Positions 84,301-98,233 of a stretch of 248,000 nucleotides of DNA are shown one piece after another; position 1 is the first letter of the stretch, and the number at the start of each line of letters is the position of its first letter. The notes beneath the pieces are model-generated. The model did not search any database and had not been told where the DNA came from. It worked only from the letters and a program-made list of their open reading frames with translations. Origin of the DNA: Octopus vulgaris. Lineage: Eukaryota. Location of the stretch: positions 35,484,001 through 35,732,000 of the forward strand of contig OX597815.1 of assembly GCA_951406725.2 (NCBI GenBank), in the 5' to 3' direction. Made by a program: the position numbers and the translations under genes.

Positions 84301-87300
84301 AACTTATTGTATCAATTCTACTTTATATATTTGTTCTACAATCTCTGTTTACTATATACGACTTAACTTATTTCTATTTAATTACTCCTAGTTTATCTAG
84401 TTCGGGTTTTTATGTGAATTAAAATTACTAGGTCTGCCTTGATCTTCTTGTACCATTCCTTCTTAAACCAGCCTCACAATTATTTGATGACATTGATACT
84501 TTCAGGTTTTGAATAAATGGTTTGAATCAGAACCCCTGAAAGCCAGTTTGGCAACTGATGCTGTGATTGGATCAATGACCAGTCCTCATCATTCAGGTAG
84601 TGGGTAAGTCAATAGCTTCATTTATTCCTATCATCATTAGTTATTTCTATTCAACAAAACCAAAGGTAGCTGAAAAACACCATAACAAGTGAGACAGGTT
84701 TGTTTTAATAGATATGTGCATACATATGTAGCAGTTCTTGCATGCATGAAGTGGATTCGATCCACCACAGCCAAATTTAAATTAACGCTGCCACAGAACT
84801 TTTCCCATGGTGGAACAATGGTTTTTCTCTGACAGCAGTTTTACATTTTCCAGATGCCTTTAGCTAAGCCGAAATAATGTCTTCATCACTTGACTCTTTC
84901 TAACCTCTTCTACTTCACCAAAAGCTAGAATAGAGATAACACGACTACCAACTAAATCTATTGTTTTCAATGAAATATCTATCCTTCTGGATAGTTATAT
85001 AAGCAAGCACACCCCAAAATCAGTTAGTCACAGTCGGTGATGACTCAACAAAGTCTGGCTGACCAGCTAGAACCTTGGTCTGAGGGAGAAATGAAGTTTA
85101 CTGTCAGCAACTGTGAGACAACGTCCCTCATCTTACAATTCTCATTAGCTCTGATTCTGCTCTCTTACAACATCATTCTATCTCTCTCTGTAATTACTAC
85201 TACTAAACAATGAAGAGGATACAAACACAAACTTTACTTTGCATACTTTTGGATTTAGCATAACCTGCCTGTCGAGGCAAGGTATTTGTTACATAACGGT
85301 AAATGAATATTTCCTTTATACTTCATGCATTGTTCATCTTTCACATCCTACAGCAAGCAATTATAACAACAAATTATTACCGTTACACATATATCACAAT
85401 TTATTTTTTAATCAATGTTCAAGCTGTATCCATTCTGCTTTGGTTTCAGAGGAATGTGTATTGGACTGCAATTTGTGTTTCCTTTCTTAAATAATGTGGC
85501 TTAGTTGTGAAGGCACATGGCTTAGTGGTTGGGTTATTTGCTCACAATCGTATGGTCATGTGTTCAATTCCTAATAGTGCATTATGTCCTTGAGCAAGAC
85601 ACTTTATTTCATGCTGTTCCAATCCACTCATCTGGAAAAACTTAGTTTTACCTGTAATCCAAGAGGCCAGCCTTGTCACACTCTGTGTCATGTTGAATCT
85701 CCCTGAGAAATATGTTAAGGGTACATGTGTCTGTGGAGTACTCAGCCATTTGCATGTTAATTTCATTGAGCAGATCAACTGCAATATTCATCATCATAAC
85801 CGATGGAGTGCCAGTTAGTTAAAGTGGTGTAAGGAAAAAGAGGTTTGACAATTACAGCAACATGTTGTGTAGCTACATAAAGATTCCATCACTAGTTGTT
85901 AAATGCCCATTCCTACTTTCCAGAAATGTAGTGGTTGATTAATTAAAGTTCTGTCTTACTGACCTGGAGATGCTCAATTCAAAATAACTCATAGAAATCA
86001 ATAGCCATATCATTTTAAATACTTATTGAAATATCTCTCTGAACTGTGAAGTCAGTCTTTCACTTAAATTCCCTAAAGAAGGTAGAGTAATCTATCTTGC
86101 CTGTTATTACAACAACAGACTTTACACTCTGTTTACTCTCTTTTACTTGTTTCAGTCATTTGACTGCAGCCATGCTGGAGCACCGCCTTTAGTTGAGCAA
86201 ATCGACCTGGGACTTATTCTTTGTAAGCCCAGTACTTATTCTATCGGTCTCTTTTGCCGAACCACTAAGTGACAGGGACGTAAACACACCAGCATCGGTT
86301 GTCAAGCAATGCTAGAGGGACAAACACAGACACACAAATATATACACACACATACATGCTGGCAGAAACCTTAGCACGCCGGGCGAAATGTGTAGCCGTA
86401 TTTCGTCTGCCATTACGTTCTGGGTTCAAATTCCGCCAAGGTCGACTTTGCCTTTCATTCTTTCGGGGTCGATAAATTAAGTATCAGTTACGCACTGGGG
86501 TCGATGTAATTGACTTAATCCGTTTGTCTGTCCTTGTTTGTCCCCACTGTGTTTAGCCCCTTGTGGGTAGTAAAGAAATATATATATACATATATACGAC
86601 AGGCTTCTCTCAGTTTCCATCTACCAAATCCACTCACAAGGCTTTGGTTGGCCCGAGGCTATAGCAGAAGACACTTGCCCAAGATGCCACGCTGTGGGAC
86701 TGAACCCAAAACCATGTGGCTGGTTAGCAAGCTACTTACCACACAGCCACTCCTGTGCCTGTTTACATTTATATGCCATTTGGTAGCCAAGTGGCTTACA
86801 TTTTCAATATTCGCACAACAATCAGAATAATTTTTTTGCCTAGTTACAGAGAAAATTTTGACAACAGATTTAGATACATCAAAACAATTTTTTGTATAAT
86901 TCGCTTTTGTCTGCTGAGGCCTTTTTGGTCAATATGACATTTTTAAATGGTAAAAACAGTCTCCTTCTCCTTACATTACTGCTATTAGAAAATGTGATTG
87001 CACATTGAAATTGATCTCAGTTTTTATGGCTTTAAGCTATTGCATGGTATTTCTTCCTTCATATAAACTACTAGTTTGTTCTAAGGTTGACTTGTGGCTA
87101 AATTCGACATATGCATCGCTAGTAGCCAACAAGACCCTCATCAATTATATATATGTTCTTACTGTTTACAGTGTTGTTGTTGTTGTTGTTAAGCAACAAA
87201 ATGGGTAAGGGTGATTAGGTGATAATCTAGGGCTTTGTGGCGGGAAACCCCAGACCTTGAAGGAAAAAAAAAATTTGGTCGTCTTGTTGTAGTCGAGGGC

Positions 87301-90300
87301 TCTTCGTTGACGCCCGACACCACTGGGAGGTGGCCCTCGAAGTCGCTGGAAATGGAGATTTCCAGGTCCAAATTCTTGGATGGTTGTTTACAGTGTTGAA
87401 CCATCAAGGTTAACAGAGCCATTAAGACTTTTGTCTTTAAAAGGAATATATACCTTCCTCAGAAATATAAATAGATATGATATGAAATGCAAAAGTCTTT
87501 TTGAGTTGATATATAAAATGTATTTATTGTTACAGATATGTATTGCTGCATCATGTGATGGGTCAGCTGGAAGGTGTGAAAGGTGCTTGGGGTTATGTCC
87601 AAGGTGGTATGGGTTCAGTCTCTCAGGCAATTGCTAATTGTGCCACAGACCAAGGTGCAGATATTTTCACAAACAAGGTATTGCTTTTTTATTATTCTTA
87701 ATCTTTGTTTGATTTTTACATTTAGTTCTTTCTCAGATGAATATTGTTACCTTCCAGTGTCAACTGCAGAAACATACCATGAATTTTCTGATCTTCCAAT
87801 AGATATTCCTATCTGTAGAAATATATGACACGATTACTGTGAGTTTAGGGTACTGCATTACTATTCACTAAGTCATAAACTGAAATGCATAAGTCAATTT
87901 GCCCCAGTTTGTATGACTGATAAGTAGTTCAAACCTTTTTGTGACTGTATTTTGAAAATAATTAAGAATTTGGATTGATTTAGTAAATTAACATTTTTAT
88001 TATTATAATTAAACTGGTTTTTGGAACATAGTTTAATAAATATTTCTTAATATAAAATTATGATAAAAAGTTTTAATTTAAATGTAAAGAGTTTAAAAAC
88101 AGAATCAGAGACAATCTCAAGCAGGTTGGCATCAACATGGTTAAATCCTGTTTCAAAGATGACAAGATAGTGATATGAAGGACAGTCAAGGTGACAATTT
88201 TTACTCTGTTAATAAACACTCCACTCTTTATAATATGCAGAATTAGAAGTAAATTATTAAAATATCAAATAATATCCACTAGTCAAATGGTCGTTTTATG
88301 GCTTGTATTGTTGATATAAGATGCTTAATCTCAGATGTGATAAAGGTGAACTAAAGAGTTCAACTTTATCAGTATGAATATCTACTGAATAAATTATCTC
88401 AAAATCTACCCAAATAACACATGTAATTATATTCTTCAATCTTATGACATAATGTGAGATTATACAGTATTATCTTTTCTTATGTTCATGTGTCAAAAGA
88501 TTTGTAAAATGTATATTATCAACACCACCTTTCTTAATTTCATTGCAATCTATTGGAAGTTAATATTTTCTCTGTTGACATCCATCTCAGTTAATTTTGC
88601 TTTTCTCCCAATTCTGGGCTTTCTTGAAGAAAAGCCCTTACATAACTGAGATGCAATCTCAACCCAAAATTTCATATCATCATAGTCCTTTGGTAATGGA
88701 GGTACCTAGTGGCTTTTTACATAAACAATATATGAATTAACAATAGCTAAATTCACAAAAAACCACAAAATGTACCTCCGCCATTTCTTTCCAGGCCATC
88801 CAACTGGGTAGTATGCCCAATACTGGTTGGAGTTGTCAATACTACCCATCAGCTTTGCCACAGTCAGATTGAATGAAACAAGTAAAAGAATATCTGTGCT
88901 ATAGCATGCATACCACCACATCAGCATTCTGAGCATACTTGAAATTGTTTTATTTTGTACTTATAGAAAATTTGAGGTACCCCACTGGGCTGTGTGTTGT
89001 GTTCTTGAGCCAAACACTTCATTTCACATTGCTCCAGTCCACTCGGCTGTAAATAAATAACCCTGTGACAGACTGGCATCCTGTGCAGGTGGAATGTTTT
89101 GATCTTGGTTATTCACAATGGGGTGCTGTAAAGTTCCTGGCTTCAAGGGCATTGGGAAAGGTCTGATTAGAAACCAAACCTTCTCAGTTTTTTTTACAGG
89201 GCTTAGAAAAACTGAAGGACTGCTGCAATAAATGTGCGAATCTGAGAGGGGAATATGTTGAATGAAGTTATAATTAACTGATCCGCCTATATTTTCTTTT
89301 ATCCAAAGCCAGGAACTTTTCAGGAGCCCCCTCATATATACCATAGAAACCAGGTAACTGGCTCTATGATTCCTGAGACTGGAGATACTAATGTCCAAGG
89401 GTTGAGGAGGAGGAATAGTCATAGGATACCTCAGAATAAAATAAGAGTAGAAAAATGGTTTAATTTTTATCCAATAAAAATATGGATTCAGTTACACTTT
89501 TCACAAATAACTTCAGTTTTTCTTTTATCACTTCAAGCTCCCAAACTATTTGCTAATAAAACAAAAGTATAACATTTATCCCTTTCAAGAATAATATATA
89601 ACTAAATTTATTTCATTATACATTTATATGTAACTAATATATAATATATATAATTTATAACTAAATTTATTTCATTATACATTCATTTGATTGGTTATAT
89701 TCACTTGCACTTATTCATTGACAAACCCCAATACTTCGTTTTTGGTTTTATTCATACAATTGCAGTAGCTAAGACAGCAGAGTACTAAATCGACTACTTC
89801 ATTGTAATGCATCTAGTTTTGTATTTCATAGATATCAATAGAGTAATAAACTATTCCATTTCAATTGACTCTAGCTTGACTTTGCACCTAATCAAAAGAA
89901 GTATTTATTCTCAGGTCAACCCACTGTTATCTCCCTTGTATTTTATTCCAGCCTGTCAGCACCATTCTGATAGAGAACAACAGAGCTAGAGGTGTTGTTC
90001 TAGAAGATGGTACTGAAGTAATTGCTCGAGCAGTATTGTCCAATGCCACTCCTAAAGTTACATTTTTGGATCTTCTTCCAAAAGTCAGTATTTTTTTAAT
90101 TAGTAAATTATTTGTATTTATTTGCCATTTCCTTTTCCTTAATGCATTTTCTCTTTTTTCTTGTTTAGAGTTATGGCATAATTAAACCAATTTTCAGAAA
90201 TCTGTCCTGCTTCAGACATAGTTTATTATGTTTGAGAAGGACATAAATGTACTTTAAGCACAGCATAGCAAGGTGTGTTCGGTGATGAGGCAGTAAAATG

Positions 90301-91014
90301 TGTTTTGATGCAAGTTATTACTTAAGTATGTGAGATACAGTGCTATAGCAAGATGTTTGATGTGATATAACAAGATGTTTGATGTGTTACAGCAAGATGT
90401 TTGATGTGATATAACAAGGTGGTTGATGTGATTTAGTAAGATGTGTTTGGGGTGAGGTACAATAAGTTCTAATGAAGGTGCTGTGCACTGGTTCTATACT
90501 AAATATTTGACCAAAATACAACTGTCAAGAATCCAGTCCATCTAGATGTAAATAGGTTTTAAAGAATAGTACAATTCCTTGTTGTAAGCAATAGGAGGAT
90601 TATATAGTTGAAACAGGTCTTCAAGACTGCAGTACACTGGCTAACTCTTCCTTCTCTGAGACTAATTCAGAGCCTGTGAAGTGAGAATCAGTGGAGGTTT
90701 TAGGAAGAAGAAAGATGAGTGAACTGTAAGATCTTCCCCATGACTTTCGGAAACATTTTTTCATGCTAAAAGTTGCTGAAGCATGGAACAAACTGCCGGT
90801 ATCAGTTGTTAGTTGTTGGAGCACTGCATCCTTCAAAACTTCCATGCTTCCTGAGATTTGCCAACACTACACCTGATTTTCTCCCTTCCATACACACGCA
90901 AGAATGTATCTGACTCATACACTGTTCACTTTCCAGACATTTGTACATTACTGCATACGCTTTATATGCACTTTTGACAAGTTGTGGTGCACCTGAGCAC
91001 TGTATACAATAATT

Positions 91015-91070
<56 letters not shown>

Positions 91071-94000
91071 GGGTATGGGGCATATAGTTCAGAAAAGAAG
91101 CCATTGTAATAGCAATAGAAGGAGAGCAGAAACCCTATTTGTGAGTAAGTTGTTGCTGCATGTAGGTGAGTGCATCATTGCCAATCAGTTTAATGATTGG
91201 CAATCTGTTGAATGTGAGCTAGTGTGTGTGTATGTGTACATATGTGTGAGTGCGTATATAGTAACATCCCATTTATGTAAATAGTACTCCACTTCATCTG
91301 GTAACTGTCAAGTAAATAATATATTTAACTCACAAGAGATCAATATAATCCTTTCTACAGTAGGCACAATGCCTGGAATTTGTAGGGAGTAGGATAGTCG
91401 ATCAGATTAACCCCAGTACTTGACTGGTTCTTAATTTATCTACCTCGAACAGACAAAAGGCAAAGTTGGCCTTGGCAGAATTTGAACCCAAAACGTAAAG
91501 CATTTTTCCCAGCATGCTAACAATTCTGCCTGTTTGCTGGTTTCAACAACAGATCAACATAATGTTGACAGAATTATCAACATTGTTTTCCAGTAGAGTT
91601 TAATAGCCATTACAAAGTAATTTCTGAAGAAAATTATAGAACATCATAGAGAATATGAATTAAGCTTCAGAGAACTTACTACACCAAATATAAATGAAAA
91701 GCTAAAAAGAGGCAAAATTATGACACCTTTGTGGTTTGATCTGAATGTTACTAATCAAAATCTTTCCTACTTTCCCAATCTATCTTTTCTAAAACTACAT
91801 TCCTCTTGAATTACTTCTTTGTCTATGTTTTTACTACAAACAAACCGAATATGCACAGTTTTCATAGGTCCTGCAAACATCATTATCACTGGTCATCTTC
91901 CTTCCACTATCTTATTTTTAGATGTTAGAAATCTAAAATTGGTTTACAGTAAAGGTAGATGAAGTAAAATTAGATGAAGTAGATGAAGTAAAATTAGATG
92001 AAGTCAAGTTTCTAATTTGCAATATTTCAGGGAACCTTATCCACTGACCTTACCAAAGAAATAGAAGTGATAGATTATACTTCACCAGTGACAAAGATCA
92101 ATGGTAAGAAAAAAATTGTGCTTTCTTTTATATTTATTTATTTATAATAAAAATTAGCTTTCTGCACATGTGTCTACAGGCAAGATGTTTTGAGGAAGAC
92201 TGGCAGTTTGTATGTGGCTGCTCATTTTGCTAGAAATGATAGCCAAATCTCCTCTAAACTTTTCCATACCATTTTTAAAATGACTGAATATACAGAATAA
92301 TATAATTCTGAATATAACATGTAAGAAAAAAAACCAGGCTTGGGCCAAATATTCAGCACCCTTGGCCCAGCCCTACCAATTACATGACCTTCTTCCAGTC
92401 CAACAAAGTGTAACCTGCTTTTCCCAATCCCACAATAAATCTCCAATTTTTCCCCTGAACATCCTTCTGCTATCTCTTCCTTAGAAAATACAGTCAGAAA
92501 ATTAATTAATTACAAACAAATAATCAAGTAAATTTTTACTTGAAATATTTCATGTTGAATCATGTGGCAGGTCATAACACTACATAGACCTCTCACCCTG
92601 CCTTGCCACTTACCCATGTCCTTTCTTCTTTGTTCCAAGAATGACCTCACTTCCTTTCATTCATGTTTCAAACTGTATTAAGAAATTTTGAGTAGGTTAC
92701 TTGATGTGGGAGGACCCTGATTTTAATGCCTGAGGCAATCAACCAGTTTATCTAATGCATAACACTTGCAACAGTTCCCTATTAATGACAGGAATGTAAC
92801 AGTCTCTCTCAATCTTTTGATTACCCATCATCATCATCATCATTTAATGTCCACTTTCCATGCTAGCATGGGTTGGACAAGTTGACTGAGGTCTGGCGAA
92901 CCAGATGGCTGCACCAGACTCCAATCTGATCTGGCAGAGTTTCTACAGCTGGATGCCCTTCCTAATGCTAACCACTCTGAGAGTGTAGTGGGTGCTTTTA
93001 CGTGCCACTGGCACGAGGGCCAGTCAGGCGGTACTGGCAGCGACCATGCTCAAATGGTGCTTTTTATGTCCCATATTTAACAATGTAAATTATATTGAGG
93101 TTTAGCAGTGTAACAACAAAGCAATCAAATAAAATTAAAGCTTTGAAAAGCTAACTTATTTGAGAGGAGTGGTAGTGGATCTGATGTTTAGAAATAAAGT
93201 CAAATAATTGAATAAATAATTTATTTAAAGTCATAAAAATTGCTAATTGAGATTTTTCTTTTTTCCTTCCAAATACCAACATGTTATTTTAGTCGCTGTG
93301 AAAGAGCTGCCCAACTTTACTGCTGATCCAAACACCAAGAAGAACACACCAATGCCACATCACCAGTGTACCATCCATTTAAACTGCGAACACACTGATT
93401 TAATTCATCAAGCTTATCTCGATGCACAAAATGGGTATCCTTCACGCAAGTAATAGAGAATTTCAACTTTTGAGCCTTTGTTGCTTAGTTCTTACTATCT
93501 TATACTTATTTTAGTCATTGAACTGTGGCTATGCTGGAGCACTGCCTTGAATGATTTAGTCAAACAAATCGACCCCAATACTTATTCTATCAGTTTGTCA
93601 AACTGCTAAGTTATGGGGACATAAACACCCCAACACCTGTTATCAGGAGATGTGGAGGCAAATACAAATGCAAGACACACACACATATATTTACATATAC
93701 AACATATTTCCATTGTTTCCCTCAACTAAATTCACTCACAGACATTGGTCAGCCTGAGGTTAAAGTAGAAGACACTTGTCCAAGGTGCCACACAGTAGGA
93801 CTGAACCTGAAACTACATGGTTGAGGAGCTAGCTTCTTAACCACAAAACCATGTCTGCACCTAGCTGTTGTCATTGCTGTTGTTATTATATATGATATTT
93901 TAAGTTAACAGTTATATACTATTGTTTGTTAATATTATATCAGTATCATCATCATATCTCATTCTTTCTCCTAATCATCATCATACTACAGTCCTCATTA

Positions 94001-97000
94001 GCATCGTTATTTTCCTTACCATGATCACTGCCATCATCATTATCATCATTGTTCTCGTCACTAAAAGTATTAACAACTTGATAGAATTTTTAGATCATCA
94101 GACAAAATGACTTACAGCCCTCTCCTTTTTAAGTTCAAATCTCACAGAGGTCATCTGTCTTTCTTCCTTCAAAAATAGAATTTCCTTCATTAAAATAGAA
94201 TACCAGTAAAGTACTAATATCAATTTAATTAACTGGCTCCTCCACCTCTTCCTCCACTAAATTTGTGACATAGTGTTTATGTTAGTAAATAGCTGGCCCT
94301 GTGCTGTCAAAAATGAAGCTAATTGTAGTGTTTTATATATAAACTAGCAGAGATACCTGACATTACTTAGGATTAAAATGGATTAGTCTTTTATTGTTTT
94401 ACTTGTTTCAATCATGTGACTGTGGTCATGTTGGAACACTGTCTTTAGTCAAACAAATCAACGCCAAGATTTATTTCTAAGCCTAGTACTTATTCAATCA
94501 GTGTCTTTTACAGAACTGCTAAGTTATGGGCATGTAAACACAGCAACATTGGTTGTCAGACGATGGTGTTGCATACAGACACACAAACATACACACACAA
94601 ATATACACATACATACAACAAGCTTTCAATTTCCGTATACAAAATTCACACAAGGCTTTGGTAAACCTGACATGCGTAATCTTGCAAAGAATGAAGCCAG
94701 TATGCTCCGATGGATGTGTAATGTCAGTGTGCATACTCAACAGATTGTAAGTACCTTGAGAGAAAAGTTAGACCTAAGAAGCATCAGATGTGGTGTGCAA
94801 GAGAGACAACTGCACTGGTATGGCCGTGTGACAAGAATGGATGTGGATAGCTGTGGGAAAAGTGCCACACCCTAGCGGTTGAGGGTACCTGTGGAAGAGG
94901 TAGACCCAGGAAGACCTGGGATGAGGTAGTGAAGCATGACCGAACATTGGGCCTCACTGAGGCAATGACTAGTGACCGGGACCTTTGGAAATATGCTGTG
95001 CTTGAGAAGACCCGGAAAGCCAAATGAGACCATAACCTCATGACCTATGCCAGGGGTGTAACCAGACCACTTATGCACACCTTTCCTTCATTGGGCACTA
95101 AAGTCTGCTTGCGAAGACCTGTTGAGGCAATCAAAATCGAAATCAAATTTGATGACTGGCATCCGTGCTAGTGGAGCACTAAGAGCACCATCCAAGTGTG
95201 ATTGTTGCCAGAGTGGCTAACTGGCTTCCATGCTGGTGGCATGTAAAAGCACCATTCAAGCGTGATCGTTACCAGTGACAAAAAAACAGTCCTCTATACT
95301 CTACCAACATGCCAAAGACCGCCATAGAGGCAACTTGGGTCAACTTGACATCCACATCTTATCCAAGCACACACATAGCAGTAGTAATAGAAAAACAAAT
95401 TTTAAGAGAAAATCCTGTATACGATACCAAACTAAAGAGATTTAACAAATAATTAGGTAATCTGCAGTAACAAGATCAAATTCTTCTGACATTTAAAAAT
95501 GACTGCAGTTGATGGCTTATAAAATGCATGAGCTTGTTTTAGCAGCCTTTTCTTGAACCACCCATAAACTAAACCCTGACTGTATGTTTATAAGATAAAG
95601 ACTGATTTTCTCGGACATTTTTAGGTAAAATGTTTGCCTTATAAGCCATCATCACCATCATTTTCTTGTCCACTTTTCCGCACCTGCATGGGTCAGATGG
95701 AATTCTTTGAGGCAGGTTTTCTCTGGCCGGATGCCCTTCCTATAAGGAACCTCCACCTGTTTCCAGGTAAGGTAATATGTGGCAGGACCATGCTTTTATG
95801 GAAGACCAGAAACAAAGGACCTTGTTTGTATGACAGTGACATATGTTTACAACTATCCCATGATGCCAAGACAAGTACACACAGACAGACAGACACACAC
95901 ACACATACATATATATGGTGAATGAGCAAAAACAAAAAAAAACTAACACAAGAGGAGCAAGTTTCAACAAAGGTGTTATTAGTTTGTGTATATACACAAT
96001 GATCTTCAGTCTCCGTCCACCAAATCCATTTACAAGACATTGGTCAGCCAAGGGCTATAGTAGAAGACTTGTTGAGGATGCCATACAGTGGGACTGAACT
96101 CAAAACCATGTGGTTGGGAAGTAAACTTCTTCACACAGCCATCAAATATAATAATTTTACCTGATATTCTACTGATCTCATATATATATATATATATATA
96201 GTGGAGGCGCAATGGCCCAGTGGCTAGGGCAGCGGACTCGCGGTCATAGGACCGCGGTTTCGATTCCCAGACCGGGCGTTGTGAGTGTTTATTGAGCGAA
96301 AACACCTGAAGCTCCACGAGGCTCCGGCAGGGGATGGTGGTGATCCCTGCTGTACTCTTTCACCACAACTTTCTCTCACTCTTACTTCCTGTTTCTGTTG
96401 TACCTGTATTTCAAAGGGCCGGCCTTGTCACTCTCTGTGTCACGCTGAATATCCCCGAGAACTACGTTAAGGGTACACGTGTCTGTGGAGTGCTCAGCCA
96501 CTTACACGTTAATTTCACAAGCAGGCTGTTCCGTTGATTCGGATCAACCAGAACCCTCATCGTCGTAACCGACGGAGTGCTTCCCAGTATATATATATAC
96601 ATACATATATACATATATAATTTTTGATTTTATAAGCCTTTTCTTTTTCGTTTCTTCTTTTTTATTTTTTGAAAGGCCAGTCATTGAAATGGTGATTCCA
96701 TCCAGTGTTGATTCAACTATTTCTCCCCCTGGCTCTCATGTTGTCTTACTCTTTACCCAGTACACACCATACACTCTAAAGAATGGACTCTTTTGGGATG
96801 AAGAAGCCAGAAAGAACTATGCAGACATAGGTAAGCTTATCATTTGATTTATTATCATACGAGATGCCAATATTAAGTTAATCATTCTGCAGGCATGTCT
96901 TTGCAGCTAAAAAAAATTGCTTTACATCCAAATAGCTTTGAGTACAATCCTTCTGTGTAGTACCTTGAACAAGTGTCTTCCACTCCAGCCTCAGATCAAC

Positions 97001-98199
97001 CAAATCTTCATAAGTGAAACTTGGTAGCTTGAAACTGACTGGGAGTCTGTTAGAGAGACCATTTTTGTTATTGGATAGTAGAATTTAATCTATCTCTCAA
97101 GTTTAATACCACAATCTGATACTTGAGTTATTTGTGGAACCCACTCTGTTGCAAGCCTCCAGACAAGTTCTCTGATCTGTGGATCAATTCTTCTTTTCCT
97201 CCAATCAGTCTCAGATATTCTGAGAAGAACCATGGTTGATTCCTTTCTTCTTCTGACCAAGCTATTTTTTTGACAATATACCATGCTTGAGGAGACTCGT
97301 CAAGCCTTGTGAAATCATAATTGTGGCCAATACTGGTGTCACATAACTGGCATCTGTGCCAGTGGCACATATAAGCACCCATACCATTGGCACATAAAAA
97401 GCACCCGTCACACTCTTGGAGTGGTTGGCATTAGGAAGGGCATCTAACCATACACACCATGCCACTTGGTGCATCTTTCCAGTTTACCAGTTCCAGTCAA
97501 ACCGTCTAACCCATGCCAGCATGGAAAACGGGTGTTAAATGATGATGATGATGATGGTGATGGTGATGATGATGATGATGATGATGATGTCAGCAACAAA
97601 ACTCGAGATCCTCTGATATTAAGAGAACACGAGATAAAGCTCCCTTGGACAGGATGTTTGGCTATCACAGGTAATTTACTCCCTATCTTACTAAAGCCTG
97701 TCCTGTACTTATCTCTGGGTGAGGTAGGCTGAGGCAATGCAAAATTAAATGTCTTGCCTTAGTGCACATCAAAAATCCGAGTGTGATCATTGCCAGAGCA
97801 GCTAACTGGCTTCTGTGCTGGTGGCACGTAAAAAGTACCATTTGAGCGTGATCGTTACCAGTGTTGCATTACTGGCACTTGTGAAAAAACATTTGAGTGA
97901 GGTTGTTGCCAGTGCCGCTGGACTGGCTCCTGTGCAGGTGGCACATAAAAAACACCACTTGAGCGTGGCCGTCGCCAGTACCGCCTGACTGGTCCTCGTG
98001 CCAGTGGCACGTAAAAGCACCCACTACACTCTCGGAGTGGTTGGTGTTAGGAAGGGCATCCAGTTGTAGAAACTCTGCCAGATCAGATTGGTGCCTGGTG
98101 CAACCATCTGGTTCGCCAGACCTCAGTTAAATTGTCCAACCCATGCTAGCATGGAAAGCGGACGTTTAACGATGATGATGATGATGATGATGATGATAA

Positions 98200-98233
<34 letters not shown>

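Noticed and set aside
96200-96280. tRNA genes (box A/box B sequences at many loci)
   Set aside because: They continue into SINE bodies, and I could not fold complete cloverleaves.
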